The notes: generated from the letters alone by a model not told the origin. 63,702 bases of DNA, filler included, from Octopus bimaculoides (GCF_001194135.2; 6 parts of 5 records of this genome joined end to end with filler, not necessarily neighbours in it), one strand, 5' to 3'. Shown: positions 38,033 to 52,632, counted from the first letter of the whole stretch. A program made the numbers and translations.

Positions 38033-39307
38033 CGTATAGATGTAAGTATGTACATATATGTACGTATATAAATATACGGAGCAAATAATTTACGAAAAAT
38101 TAATTTGCGAAGATATCATTGACTCTGTTATTACCTAGTGTAACAATTTAAAAATGACAATAACAAAATCAATAATATGGGCAATTGCAGGCCCCCAGAA
38201 CGCATTAAAAAGCTGAATGATTAAAATTAATCAAAGGACATACTAAGTATGCCTACCTGCTGGAAATAACAGTCAAAACCTTTATTTAAATCGCCAAAAT
38301 ACACTGAAAATAACTACAGATCTCAACCGTGCAAGTACAGGTATACAGGGAGAGGTTACTTAAAACGCCTCTTCGAAATGCTTGGTCCGCACTCTCTCCC
38401 CTAAAATTCCCTCATTACACGAGAAAATTGTTTGTAATGTTTTGTAGATCTCTGATAGCATTTTCAGAAAAAAAAAGTTGGTTGATATAGTTTTGTGGAC
38501 GAAGATTACAAAGCCCAGCTATTTTGTTTGTAGTTTTCATACACTGTGTACTATGTACTTCATCAACTTACTGTTTTGTAAATAGAATATTTACAACAGT
38601 GAAGTTGATAGGGATATAAATAATAACAAGAATGTTTTTTTCTCTTATATGGGCGGCGAAATAATTATATACGAATATAATTATAGATAATAGGAATGTT
38701 TTTTCCTTTAGAAAGAAGGTGAAAATGCTATAGATATTTGTTATTGATCAATAGTGTGTGTGTGTGTATACATATGTGTATATATATATATGTATGTATA
38801 TGTATGTGCATGTATGTACATATGTAAACATACGCACACACACACACGCGTACACACACTTATATATATGCACACATACGCACACTCACACAGGTACCCA
38901 TGTACATATATACTATGATTAGCGCCGTATATTAGGTTAAAAAATATAAGAAAAAACAGGAAAGTGACTACAAAGAGGCAGCACTGTTTATCCGTTTATT
39001 TGCATAACACATACATAAATACATACATACACACACAAACACATATATGTCAATATATATATATATATGTGCGAGTATGTATATGTTTATCTATGCATAT
39101 TCACGTGTATGTATGTATATATATATATATATATATATATTTGTATATGTATAACTAGATTGGTTTTGATAAAGTATGTATGCTTCTATAGATTTAGAAA
39201 GGATCTCATAAATTTTTTACATACACACAAACACATATACACGAATATATACGTGTGTATGTGTCTGTCTGTCTCCCCCTTTCTCTCTGCCTTTGTGTGT
39301 GCGTATG

Positions 39308-39374
<67 letters not shown>

Positions 39375-39589
39375 GCCTGTGTTTATGTGTGTGTGTGTGT
39401 GTGTGAGTTCCCTCTCTCTCTTTGTCTATCTATAAACGAATCTTAAAGCTTTCAAACCATTAGCAAAAGAACCGGCCTGGGTGCATTACAAAATAAGGTC
39501 ACTGTTGAAAGAAAACGAGTCATTGTTCAAAGAAAATGACTCACTGAGTGCAAACCTCGAGAGAATAAGTAAAATGCTAAATAAACGAT

Positions 39590-40830
39590 TTCAAAGTACT
39601 TTCACGTCATCACTGCAATATATGAAAATTAAAGTGAGAAGTTCGTGAAAGCGTAGCTCTATGCATTGAAGAGGTAACCATCGAATACATCAGCATAAAA
39701 GAGGAGGTTGTGATATCGGCTATTGATGAGATGAACTTGAAGACAGCAACAGGCTTTGATAGTTTTCTAGTGATTCTTTTAAACACATGCAAGAAAGCTC
39801 TTGTTATATCATAGCAGATACTTTCCTTTGGCTTTCTTGCATGTGGCAAAATTCCTAAAATGTTAAAACAAGGCATTTATTCTATTCATAAAGGTGGAAA
39901 CAGAGCAAATATTAAAAATGACAGGCTTGTCTTTGACCTCATGCATCAGAAAAGGTATGGAATACATTGTCAGAAGGAAGCTGATCACTTTCCTAGAACA
40001 GTTTGGGCACCGACACGCAGCACAGCTTGTCTAGAAAGGAATTGTCTCAGTTACTGTAGCATTACAAATGGGCATTGAAACAACAGCTCACTCATTTACA
40101 TGTGGGAGTGATATATTTCGACTTTGCGAAAACCGGAGATAAAGTTGACCACGGAATAAAGTTGTTCACAAACTGCGTGACCTAGTTGAAAAATTAGCTG
40201 ACAGATAGGAAACATGACAGGTAGGAATCAAGCAGCTGCAGCAAAAAGTCCTCTTTCCGAAGCGACATCATTTCTAAGCGGAGTTCCTCAGGGAACTATA
40301 TTAGGACCATAACTATTTGTGGAGCTTTCTCAGTCATGTACCCCAGTCATACAATCGACCACATTTGATAGCTGCGCTGATGATACAAAAATATCACAGG
40401 CAGTCATGAACCCCAATGATAACACAAAACTAGAGAAAGACCTGAGCATAACATATAAACAGGCTGAAGAAAATAACTTGCGTTTCAATAGGGAAAATTT
40501 TCAAGCGCTCTGCTAACAACTCTGAAATAAATTTCAGTCGAAAAACAGGACCAGGGGTATAGCAATCTTGGAGTCACAAGCAGTACATGATCTAAGAATC
40601 CAATGCTCCATTATTCTGTATGCATTTAACATGGTAACAACCATGTGGAAACGACTCGATGGCTGGATTCTGAAAACTTGCGGAACAAAAAAGAAAGGAA
40701 ACCATATTAGTCCTGCGGAGAACATTTGTTCTCGGTCGCCTGGACGACTGCTTCCAGTTGTGGTCACCACATATCGTCAAACTAACAGCGGAGCTCGAGG
40801 CAATCCAACACTGTTATATCAAGATGGCCG
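39590..40830 (+). mobile_element. CR1-clade LINE RT remnant
   Basis: EEVISAIDEM, IHKGGNR, DVIYFDFAK..DKVDHG, SGVPQGTILGP, ADDTKI, WILKT...LGRLDDCFQLWSP. Confidence 0.88.
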
Positions 40831-42399
40831 CCTCAGTACAACAGATGAGTTATTAGCAGAGATTAAAAAATCGAGATTTTAGTCTCAAGAACAACCACGC
40901 GAAAGATATGTAGTAACTCATACACACACACACACACGCGCGCGCGCACGCGCACACGTAAATATTTGTATATTTACATGGAAGATCCCGGAGGGTCTGG
41001 AGCCAACATATGTGGTTGCAAACAGACGCACGCATCAGTACATGTATTTATATACATACACATATACATACACATACACAGATACATAGCCCATGTGATT
41101 GGTGTTAACATTTTGTCTAGAATGAGTTAACACCTCTTAACGGTCTGTTAATTTTCAGATGGCTTAAGCAGTGAACAGTGACAAACTAGATAGATTTAGA
41201 AACGGTCTCATAAAGTTACTTAGGGAAATAGATTTAGAGCTAGAGTTGATTTTCTGGATACAATCTTAATGATTGACAAGAATAATTTTTACTCTTACCG
41301 AAAATCTAATAATAATTTTAGGTAAAATACGCATTGGAATCACCACCACTATTCTAAGAAATTTAGTTCTCAGTATATAAAATCCTATATTCCAATTACG
41401 TTTTAAACAAGGTTACTTTCGCTAGAGTTTCTAATGAAGACCTTTGCAATTATGGCTTGCGCAATTATTCTTCTCATGAAGACTTTTATAATTACAGATC
41501 AACTATAATACAGAAGCCAATTCAATATTCTCAAATATAAAAGTAGACGAAAAAATATATTAAAGTATAAATATATTTCGTATAATAAGATTTTTGATAG
41601 ATATTTGATTAATGTAAACTAAACGAGTGAAAATTTTGCCAACTCAATTTACCATTTTAATTCCAGAAACCTTTGTAACCACAAGAATATAATCTTTCCC
41701 ACTCGCAACTGTATTATAGCTGCATTGCTCCAATCATTTTGCTTCTTAACGGTAACTATTCTCGGGAACTAATATATCATGCTTAATACCAATTGGACAA
41801 CAGTCATATATCAGAAATTATATTAGAGTGATTGAGAATTGATTTATAGTTTGCTTTTATCAACATTCATACATTTAAGAGACCAGAAAAAATTTTCAGA
41901 TTTTCCAAACACATTTGACTTTTAAAAGTAATGGGACTTGCAGATCTTATATTTCAATATTCCATTCTCAAACATGCTTCCATAAATGACTATGGCAGTT
42001 TCGTTCAAATTTACGTTACAAGCTCTGGTTATATGAGAAACTGAAATTTACGTTAGAATCTCTGCTTATATGAGGAACTATGCTATTTCAAAGCACCTAT
42101 GTATCAGACAAACAATCAAAGAAGTTATACCTTTAGAGACACACCTGGAAGTGTATTATTTTGCAATTATGTATCCCTGAAATATCTGATTCAGGTAGTA
42201 TGCATTCACATGGTTGAGTACTCAGAAAATTTAGAACAGTATAACTAGCATCACCTTCAATTTCAACGTTTATACAGACATACATAAAGACACACAAACA
42301 CACACGCGCGCACACACACATACATACACACACACGCACACACACACATACACACACATACACACGCACACACATACATACACACACATCAAGGCAGTG

Positions 42400-42630
42400 C
42401 TCCTGCGTGGTCGCAGTCCAGTGACAAACAAGTAAAAAAATTACATATATATATATATATTCCACACGCGGGTCTGATGCAGGATTACTCATTTTTGCTA
42501 GCTGAGTTAACTGGAGCAAACTGAAATGAAATGTTCTATTCAAGAACAAAACGAGTCACTCGGTCCAGGAATCGAAGGCACAATCTTACGATCATGAGGC
42601 TAAGGCTTTAACCACTAAGCTACGCACCTC
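42400..42630 (-). mobile_element. tRNA-derived SINE (reverse head GTGGAGGTGCGTAGCTTAGTGGTTAAAG)
   Basis: A-box-like and GATTCCTGG B-box-like motifs on the minus strand; central TTGCTCCAGTTAACTCAGC block. Confidence 0.6.
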
Positions 42631-43215
42631 CACTATATATATANNNNNNNNNNNNNNNNNNNNNNNNNNNNNNNNNNNNNNNNNNNNTTAATTAATTAAN
42701 NNNNNNNNNNNNNNNNNNNNNNNNNNNNNNNNNNNNNNNNNNNATATATATATATATACTATGTGTGTTTGTGTGAGTGTGTACGGATGTATCTAAGTGC
42801 GTGTATATTATCAATAAGTTAAGATGGAGGAATAAGAGCATAAGAAGGAGAATGAAAATTAAAGAAGACAAAACCCCCATCGGTTGTTAACAAGGGCATA
42901 AAGTGTATTTTAAACAAGCATCAAGCTTTACTGCGGGTAAAGTAAATAGTGAAACTGATAGCTATTTTGAAATATTCAGCACTTAATACATAAATACGAA
43001 CGCGTTGGAAAATGAAGTGACTGGGAGCGAGGAAGAAAGAGATGGGGGTGTGAAGAAAGGTGAGAGTAAGAAGAAGAGAGGGGTGTGGGAGTATTAATGT
43101 CCCCATAGGAGGAAAATATATATCTTATCATAACAATGGCATATTTATCAATACAGACGTGATCTTGGTTTTCGTGATGGCAAGGAAATGAAATTTGTAT
43201 CGTGCGTATACTCAT

Positions 43216-43255
<40 letters not shown>

Positions 43256-43864
43256 NNNNNNNNNNNNNNNNNNNNNNNNNNNNNNNNNNNNNNNNNNNNN
43301 NNNNNNNNNNNNNNNNNNNNNNNNNNNNNNNNNNNNNNNNNNNNNNNNNNNNNNNNNNNNNNNNNNNNNNNNNNNNNNNNNNNNNNNNNNNNNNNNNNNN
43401 NNNNNNNNNNNNNNNNNNNNNNNNNNNNNNNNNNNNNNNNNNNNNNNNNNNNNNNNNNNNNNNNNNNNNNNNNNNNNNNNNNNNNNNNNNNNNNNNNNNN
43501 NNNNNNNNNNNNNNNNNNNNNNNNNNNNNNNNNNNNNNNNNNNNNNNNNNNNNNNNNNNNNNNNNNNNNNNNNNNNNNNNNNNNNNNNNNNNNNNNNNNN
43601 NNNNNNNNNNNNNNNNNNNNNNNNNNNNNNNNNNNNNNNNNNNNNNNNNNNNNNNNNNNNNNNNNNNNNNNNNNNNNNNNNNNNNNNNNNNNNNNNNNNN
43701 NNNNNNNNNNNNNNNNNNNNNNNNNNNNNNNNNNNNNNNNNNNNNNNNNNNNNNNNNNNNNNNNNNNNNNNNNNNNNNNNNNNNNNNNNNNNNNNNNNNN
43801 NNNNNNNNNNNNNNNNNNNNNNNNNNNNNNNNNNNNNNNNNNNNNNNNNNNNNNNNNNNNNNNN

Positions 43865-43943
<79 letters not shown>

Positions 43944-43956
43944 ATATATTTATACT

Positions 43957-44205
43957 CGTGCTGATATTGATAGCTTTGTGCGCCGTGTCAGACTGTATGC
44001 ACTATTCGACAATACTTCACCTGCATCTAACGAAGAGGACTATTTCACCGACCTGGGCCACCGATTATCGGGGGTGGCCATGGTACGAGAATGGGCCCCA
44101 ACTATGTGAACTTGTTCGTTGGCTACGTCGAGGCCGAAATATTTTCAAGATTCACTGTCCCACTCCTGAACTACACGGTCGTTATATTGATGACTGTATG
44201 TTACG
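43957..44205 (+). mobile_element. Penelope-like element fragment with large internal deletion
   Basis: RADIDSFVRRVRL..LF (PLE N-terminal-like) is directly followed by GVAM..RMGPNYVNLFVGYVEAEIF and PELHGRYIDDC (RT motifs B' and C). Confidence 0.85.
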
Positions 44206-45654
44206 TAACACCTTTTACCATTTCCTTTCTGGATCCTTGTTTATAGGATATTATAGGATATTATATAAACATCTTCAAGTTTTTATTTATTGGTAAATAT
44301 AGAATCCTATCTAATACAAGGTGGGTCACTCAAAGCACCTTCCTCCTCATAGAAACTTACTTCCTTTGTTTAAAGATCTTTCTGAAATCAAATATCTGTA
44401 ATTAATTGCTGCATAGAACAATTTTTTTTTTTGCTGAGCCACATTGAAAATCAAGGTGATGCACACTCACTCAAAAAGATATTTACTTTCGTAAATAAAA
44501 GGTGTCAGCAGCTACGCTCTCTTGTTCAAAACATTTTTATATCAGAACAAATTTTCGAATCCCACTCAATTAAAGGTCACATCACATTTTTTTTTTATCA
44601 GAATGTGATTTTTGCATAAGTTTGTGCTTATCATAAATCAAGGGGTTGCGCACTTACTCAAAAATGTATTTATTTTCGTGAACACAAGGTACCTAAAACT
44701 TTGCTCTGTGGTTCAAAGCATTTCTATTTCAGAACAAAATTTTCGTTTTCCTGCTTAAATGAATATCACACCGTACATATATATATAGTTTTTATTAGAA
44801 TGTGCATTCTCCTATAAGTTTGTGCTTTATCCACAACCGACAAAAACGAAGCACACAAATCAACATTTAGGATTATAATTCTGTCGCTATGGGGGCTGGA
44901 TTTTTGTTATACTTGGTTGAATTGGTGAATTAAAATATGCTTCCTTGTTGCATGGGAAAACAAACAAAATAAACTACACCAACGAACGTTTAACTGCGGT
45001 ATTTATTATCCCACATTAAAACATTTACAGTTAACAACTGCAATAATTACAGACTGAGTAGGAGATACTGCTATGGGATTAAAGTAAACTATCGGTATGG
45101 CAACATGCGGCCGGACCAACGTATCTGAAATCAACTGCACTATCTTCGTGGTGACAGAGGTCATCTCCCTTAAGACATCTGCATCGGCCGCCTACCGTCT
45201 AACTTGCACGCCAAACGATTTTTATACAGGAAAGGAAGCCAAATTCTAGAGTGTTCGAGAAAATCCTGACACGCCATTGCTTCATGCTGATCACGTGAAA
45301 CTATGATAGTTTGCTTGTGATGTCTCCGGCGTATCCAACTATTCGGATTTAAAGCAGTGCTACAGTTTCAATTTAAATTTTGATTCGGTTGCTCCTGTAT
45401 ATACTTATGATTCATCGCTCTCATTAATTTCCACTTAATCGATATGTACGACCAGATCTAGATTTTTTCATTCGCAAAATATACATTTGTTAAAAGACAG
45501 TAAAAAATCTGAAAATCGGCTATTATAATGTAACCTTCCAGTCTTATTGCTTTGAAAGTATGATGTTGTGGAGAAAAAAATTAGAGAAAAAAGTACATTT
45601 ATGACTAAATTTCAATTAAATTTAACATTTGATCACTTGTTTTCTTTATTCAAA

Positions 45655-46945
45655 ATTCGTACAGAACTTATGGGATGACCTAATAATTGAAATTTAATCA
45701 CCAATGTACTTTCCCTGATTATCTATGACTTCCTTCCATCTATTTACAAGCTTTTTAATCCCATCAATGTAAAATTCTTTCGGTTTCAAAGCGAAGAACT
45801 CTGAAATATCAGTTTCGACCTCCTCCTGGCTTGCAAAAGTTATGTCTCCCAAATGATTCTGTAAATTACGAAACAAATGGTAGTCTGAAGGAGCAAGGTC
45901 AGGAGAATAAGGTGGATGAGGAATTTTTTTCCAGCCAAGCTGATGTGATCTTTGCAGTGTGTCGCGCATTGTCCTGATGAAACATCACTCCTTTTCGATT
46001 CACTAAAACGGGTTTTTTTTCCTTCAAAGCTTGGTTCAAACGCTCTAATTACTGACAGTAGACTTAAGCATTGATTGTTGCATTAGGTGGTAACAATTCA
46101 AAGTGAATTACTCCTTTGCAATCCTACCAGAGAGAGAAAAGAACCTTTTTTCCATGAACTTCCCTTCTCGGTTGTGGTTGAGCTTTTTCCCTTTTACCAA
46201 GCCACTGTTTACGACGTTTAACATTTCGATAGAAGATCCATTTTTCGTCACCAGTCACAAGTCTATCCAAAAAGTGTGAAATGAGTTCGCGAGAATGGAG
46301 AGAAGAGCAGATGTCAACTCGGGATTTGCGGTTGCTTTCGGACAATTCATGAGGAACCAATTTTCCAAGTTTAGGAAACTTTTCAAGTTGTTGAAGATGA
46401 CGATGAACAGTTGTATGGTTTGAACTAAGCTTTATCGCCAATTCTTCAACTGATAATGCAGGCTTTTCTTCAAGTAATGCCTCAAGGAGCTTATCATCAA
46501 ACTCAACTTGACGTCTTGTTCGATCTTCATCTTCAAGGCTGAAATCTCCACTTCTGAATTTTGTAAACCATCTTCTGCAAGTTCTTTCATTCAAGCATTC
46601 TTTCTCATAAACTGAGTGCATGCTGCAGAGTTTCCTTTCTTGTACTCATAAAGCATTATGTGCCTTAAATGCTCTTTGGATACTTCCATGTTAGAAAGAG
46701 TTTTAATCAAAGAAATTTTAATTCGATTATTCTGTAAAATAATATTTAATTAGTTTACATGTGCACAAATGCATAAAAATAATTTTTAATTCCATTAGAC
46801 ATTGTAAAATACTATTAAATTTCATTCAATTTTAAAAAAAGGTAAAATCGGACAGAACTTATGGGATGACCTGATGAATATGACATTTGATCACTTGTTT
46901 TCTTTATTCAAAATTCGGACAGAACTTATGGGATGACCTGATGTA
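45655..46945. repeat. Three same-orientation copies of the mariner TIR (45655-45685, 46846-46876, 46913-46943)
   Basis: A(T/A)TCG(G/T)ACAGAACTTATGGGATGACCT(A/G)AT is seen three times on the + strand. Confidence 0.95.
45694..46689 (-). pseudogene. Near-full-length mariner (DD34D) transposase pseudogene
   Basis: ATG at 46689; MEVSKEHLRHIMLYEYKKG, RTCRRWFTKFRSGDFSLED, LVPHELS, VTGDEKW, HQDNA, YSPDLAPSDYHLF; frameshifted. Confidence 0.95.
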
Positions 46946-47077
46946 TGGGCGGAGAGAGTCTAGGCAGTTTATTTAAACTGTACTCCGAAAACTCTGTAAA
47001 TTACGTTCGTATCACATTTTCATTTCGACCGACTTTGTTCTTCATCTTTTCCCCCAAAAGAAAAGAAAAGAATCATA

Positions 47078-47194
47078 GGCACAGGAGTGGCTGTGTGGCA
47101 AGTAGCTTGCTTACCAACCGCATGGCTCCGAGTTCAGTCCCACTGCATGGCGCCTTGGGCAGGTGAAGCCCATCGTATATACATATATATGTGA

Positions 47195-47240
<46 letters not shown>

Positions 47241-47425
47241 ACCATCTCTTGAAACCGATGTTGGTGTGTTTACGTCTCCGTAACTTAGCAGTTCGGCAAA
47301 GGAGACCGATGGAATAAGTACTAATCTTACAAAGAATAAGTCCGGGGGTCGATTTGTTCGACTAAAGACGGTACTCCAGCATGGCCGCAGTCAGATGACT
47401 GAAACAAATAAAAGAAGAAAAGAAT
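47078..47425 (+). mobile_element. tRNA-derived CORE-like SINE with internal deletion and (TG)n
   Basis: Head GGAGTGGCTGTGTGGCAAGTAGCTTGC...GAGTTCAGTCCCACTG; tail GACTGAAACAAATAAAAGAAGAAAAGA. Confidence 0.88.
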
Positions 47426-48129
47426 CAAGTACTGAGATTGAATCCCCCCCACCACCACCACCACACACCCTTCTTCAAATCTATGGTTTTGTGCCTCTAT
47501 TAAATTTTTACCATCGCTCATTATCATTTGCTTATGTAATGCGCGTGTGTGTATTACTATTTCTCGAATTAATATTGGACATGAAATCTATACTTCTAAT
47601 CACGTAATTAAATAGTGACCTGTATTCACTAATCATATTTCTTAATGGGGTAATATATATTACATGTAAATAAGTACAGATTTTAAATATGGAATTTAAT
47701 ACGCATTTCATATATTAACATGTATCATGTAACCATTTGCCCATTACGATATTGTTGTTATTATTGTTTCTGCTGCTCTTGTTATTGCACTGAGTCAGGT
47801 CAGTTCCGAACGAACAGACCACTGTACTAGATACGCTAGGGTAAGTAACATTTGTAGTAGATTTGGCCGCGAATTCTATGACATACAACTGTGTTGAAGC
47901 TAAATCGTCAACACCTTGCTAATTACACATTACGTTTCTCACAATTCTGCGACAGCTGTATAGGTAGATGCACACACACACACACACACCTTTTAGACAT
48001 GAGAAAAGACACCCCCTCTCATGAGTTTCCATGTGACTGGTGGGAAAGGGGGGAGGTATCCTGAAACTGAAAACTCAGTCCCATTGATATCCAAGGTTCC
48101 TGGCTGTGATTTTAAACCAATAGTATATT

Positions 48130-48370
48130 AAGTCTCTCATCCATGGAGGTCATGGTAGAATTTGAAATCAGGGTACAGAGAGCCCGAACAAATATTACTA
48201 AGTATCCGTTTCGATACTCTTACAGTTGCACCAATCCACTGCGCTGGACTCGTACTTTCTATAGACCGTCGAAGGGATGAGAGGCAGATATGACTGCAGC
48301 GGGATTTGAAATCCAAATGAAAAGCATCGGGACAAATAATGTAAAACAAGTTATCTGACGCTCTAACGCA
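48130..48370 (-). mobile_element. Diverged Meta-like SINE
   Basis: TAGACCGTCGAAGGGATGAGAGGC...GATTTGAA and AACGATTCTG-like motifs as in the other copies. Confidence 0.5.
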
Positions 48371-48900
48371 GGGTTTCTCAACTGGGGTCCAAAGAAGCTT
48401 TAAGGGTGCCCACGAGTAAAAAATTGTAATTTCTGGGTCCATATATAAATCTTGTTTACTAGGAGAGGTACCTGTATTTATTGAAATTTTCAAGATTTGT
48501 ATTTGCGATTTCCGTTACGAATATAAGAAATTGTTTCATTGTTAGTTTTTACCAACCTACAAACAAATATTTTATTTCAAAAATTTACATGTGAATATAG
48601 GGGGTCCACAAGCAAAATAAGGCTGGGGGCCCATGCCCTAACGGATCTGTCAAATGACCGCTGAGGTAATTACCTAATTAAATACTGAATTAAATCTAAT
48701 CCTAGAAGCCGAATTTTAATAATTGAAATACGAACTACTTTTTAACGAGGATTATTATTACTCGTGGAATTGTTACGGTTATTTTGAAAATTNNNNNNNN
48801 NNNNNNNNNNNNNNNNNNNNNNNNNNNNNNNNNNNNTTAATTAATTAANNNNNNNNNNNNNNNNNNNNNNNNNNNNNNNNNNNNNNNNNNNNTATATATA

Positions 48901-48933
<33 letters not shown>

Positions 48934-49384
48934 ATATATATTTATTTATATATATATATATAATCCTGAGTGCGCCTGTGTAAATGTGTCTTCTATCTGT
49001 GTAAAACGAGAGTATGAACCAAATGTGTATGGCTAAAATTCCTTAAACATATGATATTAAACTGCATACATGTTTATGTACAATAACACAAATACACTGC
49101 ATGTTCATTAGCTGTGTTGTTTGTGTTCCTTAGAAAATAATTGGTCAACGTCTTGCTGAAGTCCGATCTGGATACTAAATGAAATACATGGCTATTTCTT
49201 TTGAATTTCAATTTGTGATCTATCGCTTTTTCTGTGCTGATCTAACAGTTTCTGAATGTCTATTACATACACACATATATACAGATATTCATACATACAT
49301 GCATACATACATAAATGTATGTATATAGGTACGTTTGTGCATGTATCTGTGTGCGTGTGTGTGTACATATATATNNNNNNNNNN

Positions 49385-49432
<48 letters not shown>

Positions 49433-49490
49433 GCGCACTCACACGTATGAATATAAATTTGTACTTGTATACATACATATGTATATATAC

Positions 49491-49531
<41 letters not shown>

Positions 49532-49581
49532 TGTGTGTGCATATATATATACGTAAGTATGTAAATACATACATACACATT

Positions 49582-49633
<52 letters not shown>

Positions 49634-49663
49634 TTAACGTCATTTTTAATATTCTGACTATTA

Positions 49664-49718
<55 letters not shown>

Positions 49719-49959
49719 CCATATTTTTTATTATTACACCCAGTGACGGTTTCTTTGAAAGTTTTCCTCATATTGGCTACTCAATTAAGTAGCCTGTACC
49801 GCCGAATCTTCAAAGTAAGAGTCACTATTAATTATATATATTATGGTGACACTACAATAAGTATTGAGGCATTCCTTTAGGGAAGGTTTTGTGCACTTAT
49901 ATAGACAGCGCTAAGTATGTGCATATGTGTATATGCGAATCCGCTTATACGTGTGCACG

Positions 49960-50020
<61 letters not shown>

Positions 50021-50571
50021 GTATATATATATANNNNNNNNNNNNNNNNNNNNNNNNNNNNNNNNNNNNNNNNNNNNNNNNNNNNNNNNNNNNNNNNNNN
50101 NNNNNNNNNNNNNNNNNNNNNNNNNNNNNNNNNNTACATATGTCTGTATATTAATATCGTTTTAAAATATATATACCTATATTTACACATATATTTATAT
50201 CATATATATATATACACATACATACATACATATATACATATATAGACAGAGAAAGAGGAGGAGAAAAGGAGAGAGAAAGAAAGAAAGAGATATACAATAA
50301 GACATATAGATAGAAAAAACAGTCCTGTATATATACGTACATATATACTAGGGTAAATTAGAGAGTAATGCAACTTTTATTTGCGTTAAATTTTACTCAC
50401 CCTTATACATGCATACATACGTACGTACAAGCACACATACATACATACTTCATGTCCTTTTGAAAGTAAAATATATTTGATAATCTACTCTAATATATCG
50501 AGTGTCCTTCAATTAATATCTGACTATAACTGCATATACCTATACTCAAGCTGATTTACATGTATGTGAGC

Positions 50572-50612
<41 letters not shown>

Positions 50613-50622
50613 NNNNNNNNNN

Positions 50623-50662
<40 letters not shown>

Positions 50663-50814
50663 TGCATATATAGCGAGGGACAGACAAGCAGACCGACAGG
50701 GGGAGACATAAATTCCTGCAGACACATACATACACCACACACCATACGCAAAAAATACATACACAGATATTTGTAGATGTGTGTGTGTGTCTGCGTGAAT
50801 GTATATCTATGTGA

Positions 50815-50858
<44 letters not shown>

Positions 50859-51100
50859 AGTGTACGTATGCATACATCTGTAGGTATGTACCCAAGGATG
50901 GAGTGTGAAAATTACCAGTATGGCGCTGGTGTCTCTTTTCCATAACGTCAAATATATCTGAATATCTACTTCATATTTCTCTTCATATTTCTTTTACTAC
51001 TCCTTCTGCGTACTAAAGAATATTATACTTTATTGTTTTTTTACTATCAATGCTACTACTACTAGTATTACTACTACTACTACTAATAATAATAATAATG

Positions 51101-51136
<36 letters not shown>

Positions 51137-52020
51137 TCTAAAGAAAAATTTAAACAAGAAATTAACAAAAAAAGAAAAAGCATGAAAGGAAAAAATGTAC
51201 GATCAGTTTACACAAGATGCGAACGCCAAGACAGATACAGAAGACCGGTGGCTATGGATGAGGAGAAGTGACCTAAAGATTAGAGACAGAAAAATTCATA
51301 TGCGCAGCTCAAGAACAAGCGTTAAGAACTAATTATATGAAGTGCAGAATTGACAACGCTACCGATAGAGACAAATTTAGAATATGTGCTGAGAGGGGTG
51401 AAATGGTATGGCACATCGTTAGCGAATGTGGCACAACGCGAATACAAAAGACGACATGATAATGTGACAAGAATGATACATTGGGAGATCTATGGAAATC
51501 AGAGCTTACAAAGAACAAAGACGTGGTATGAACAAACCCCAGAAGGTGTCACCGAAAATAAGAACTGAAAAAATCCTATGGGATGTGATGATCCAGTGCG
51601 ATCACCTAAGCAGACATAGAAAGCCGGAGATTGCTGTGGTGAATAATAAAAAAGAACATGCATGATAATCGACATAGCATGCCTCAGTGACAACATGTTC
51701 GATGTAGACGAAGAAAAAAATTAATCAACTAAGACGATTTAAAGTGGAAAATACGAAGATTGTCGTCAATAACGAGTGTAGACGTGATACCAATAGTAAT
51801 TGGTGCACTTGGAAGTATCAGCACTCAACTACGAACATGGCTGAAAAAGATCGGTGCAAGTGTGAAGGTAGAACACCTACAAAAATCAGCTTTGCTTGGA
51901 ACTGCAATAATTCTTCACGGGGTTCTTGAAGTATGTCCAGTAAACAAGTGTCAACTTAGTCTGCTGGCTGTGGAAAGATGACACTTTCCATCATACTTAG
52001 CAAAATAAGGCTTGAGTTTC
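51137..52020 (+). mobile_element. 5'-truncated R4/Dong-like LINE (CCHC + restriction-like endonuclease) within a (TAA)n array
   Basis: AQREYKRRHDNV..MIHW, KILWDVMIQCDH..RHRKPEI, IDIAC, VIPIVIGALG, LQKSALLGTA; (TAA)n on both sides. Confidence 0.9.
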
Positions 52021-52062
52021 ATAATAACAATAATAACAACAATAACAACGATGATGACGATG

Positions 52063-52142
<80 letters not shown>

Positions 52143-52143
<1 letters not shown>

Positions 52144-52446
52144 GGTTGATTACTACCTAGCTCAGATACCAGGAAACCCCAAAATGGCTGAAGTTCAAAA
52201 GATAGTGCTCATGGGAACTGCCCATATCCTACGTAAAATACTGTCTATGTGATCTCAAATTTTAAAACAAACACATAATTTTCTTATGGTTTCTTAAACA
52301 TTCTCTAGAACAATACTATGTACAAATCCAAATATATGGTACCCTAAGCATAACACCTACATGAACTTCTAACTTGTTGTCTCTTGAGGTCTCTGGGTGA
52401 GACTTGGATCCAACTTGTACAAATGCAAAGGAAAAGTCAAACATAA

Positions 52447-52447
<1 letters not shown>
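52143..52447 (+). mobile_element. Very short 3' end of a second R4/Dong-like family within (TAA)n
   Basis: PKMAEVQKIVLMGTAHILRKILSM* plus 3' UTR; (TAA)n flanks. Confidence 0.8.
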
Positions 52448-52504
<57 letters not shown>

Positions 52505-52506
<2 letters not shown>

Positions 52507-52632
52507 CATTCCTACTATAGGCACAAGGCTTGAAATTTTGCGGGAAGGCAATAGTCGATTACATCGACGCCAGAATTTCACTGACACTTAATTTATCGAC
52601 CCCGAAAGGATGTAAAGCAAAGTCGACCTTCT
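52505..52632 (-). mobile_element. Meta-like SINE 3' part
   Basis: CCTACTATAGGCACAAGG...TTTATCGACCCCGAAAGGATGTAAAGCAAAGTCGACCT. Confidence 0.8.
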
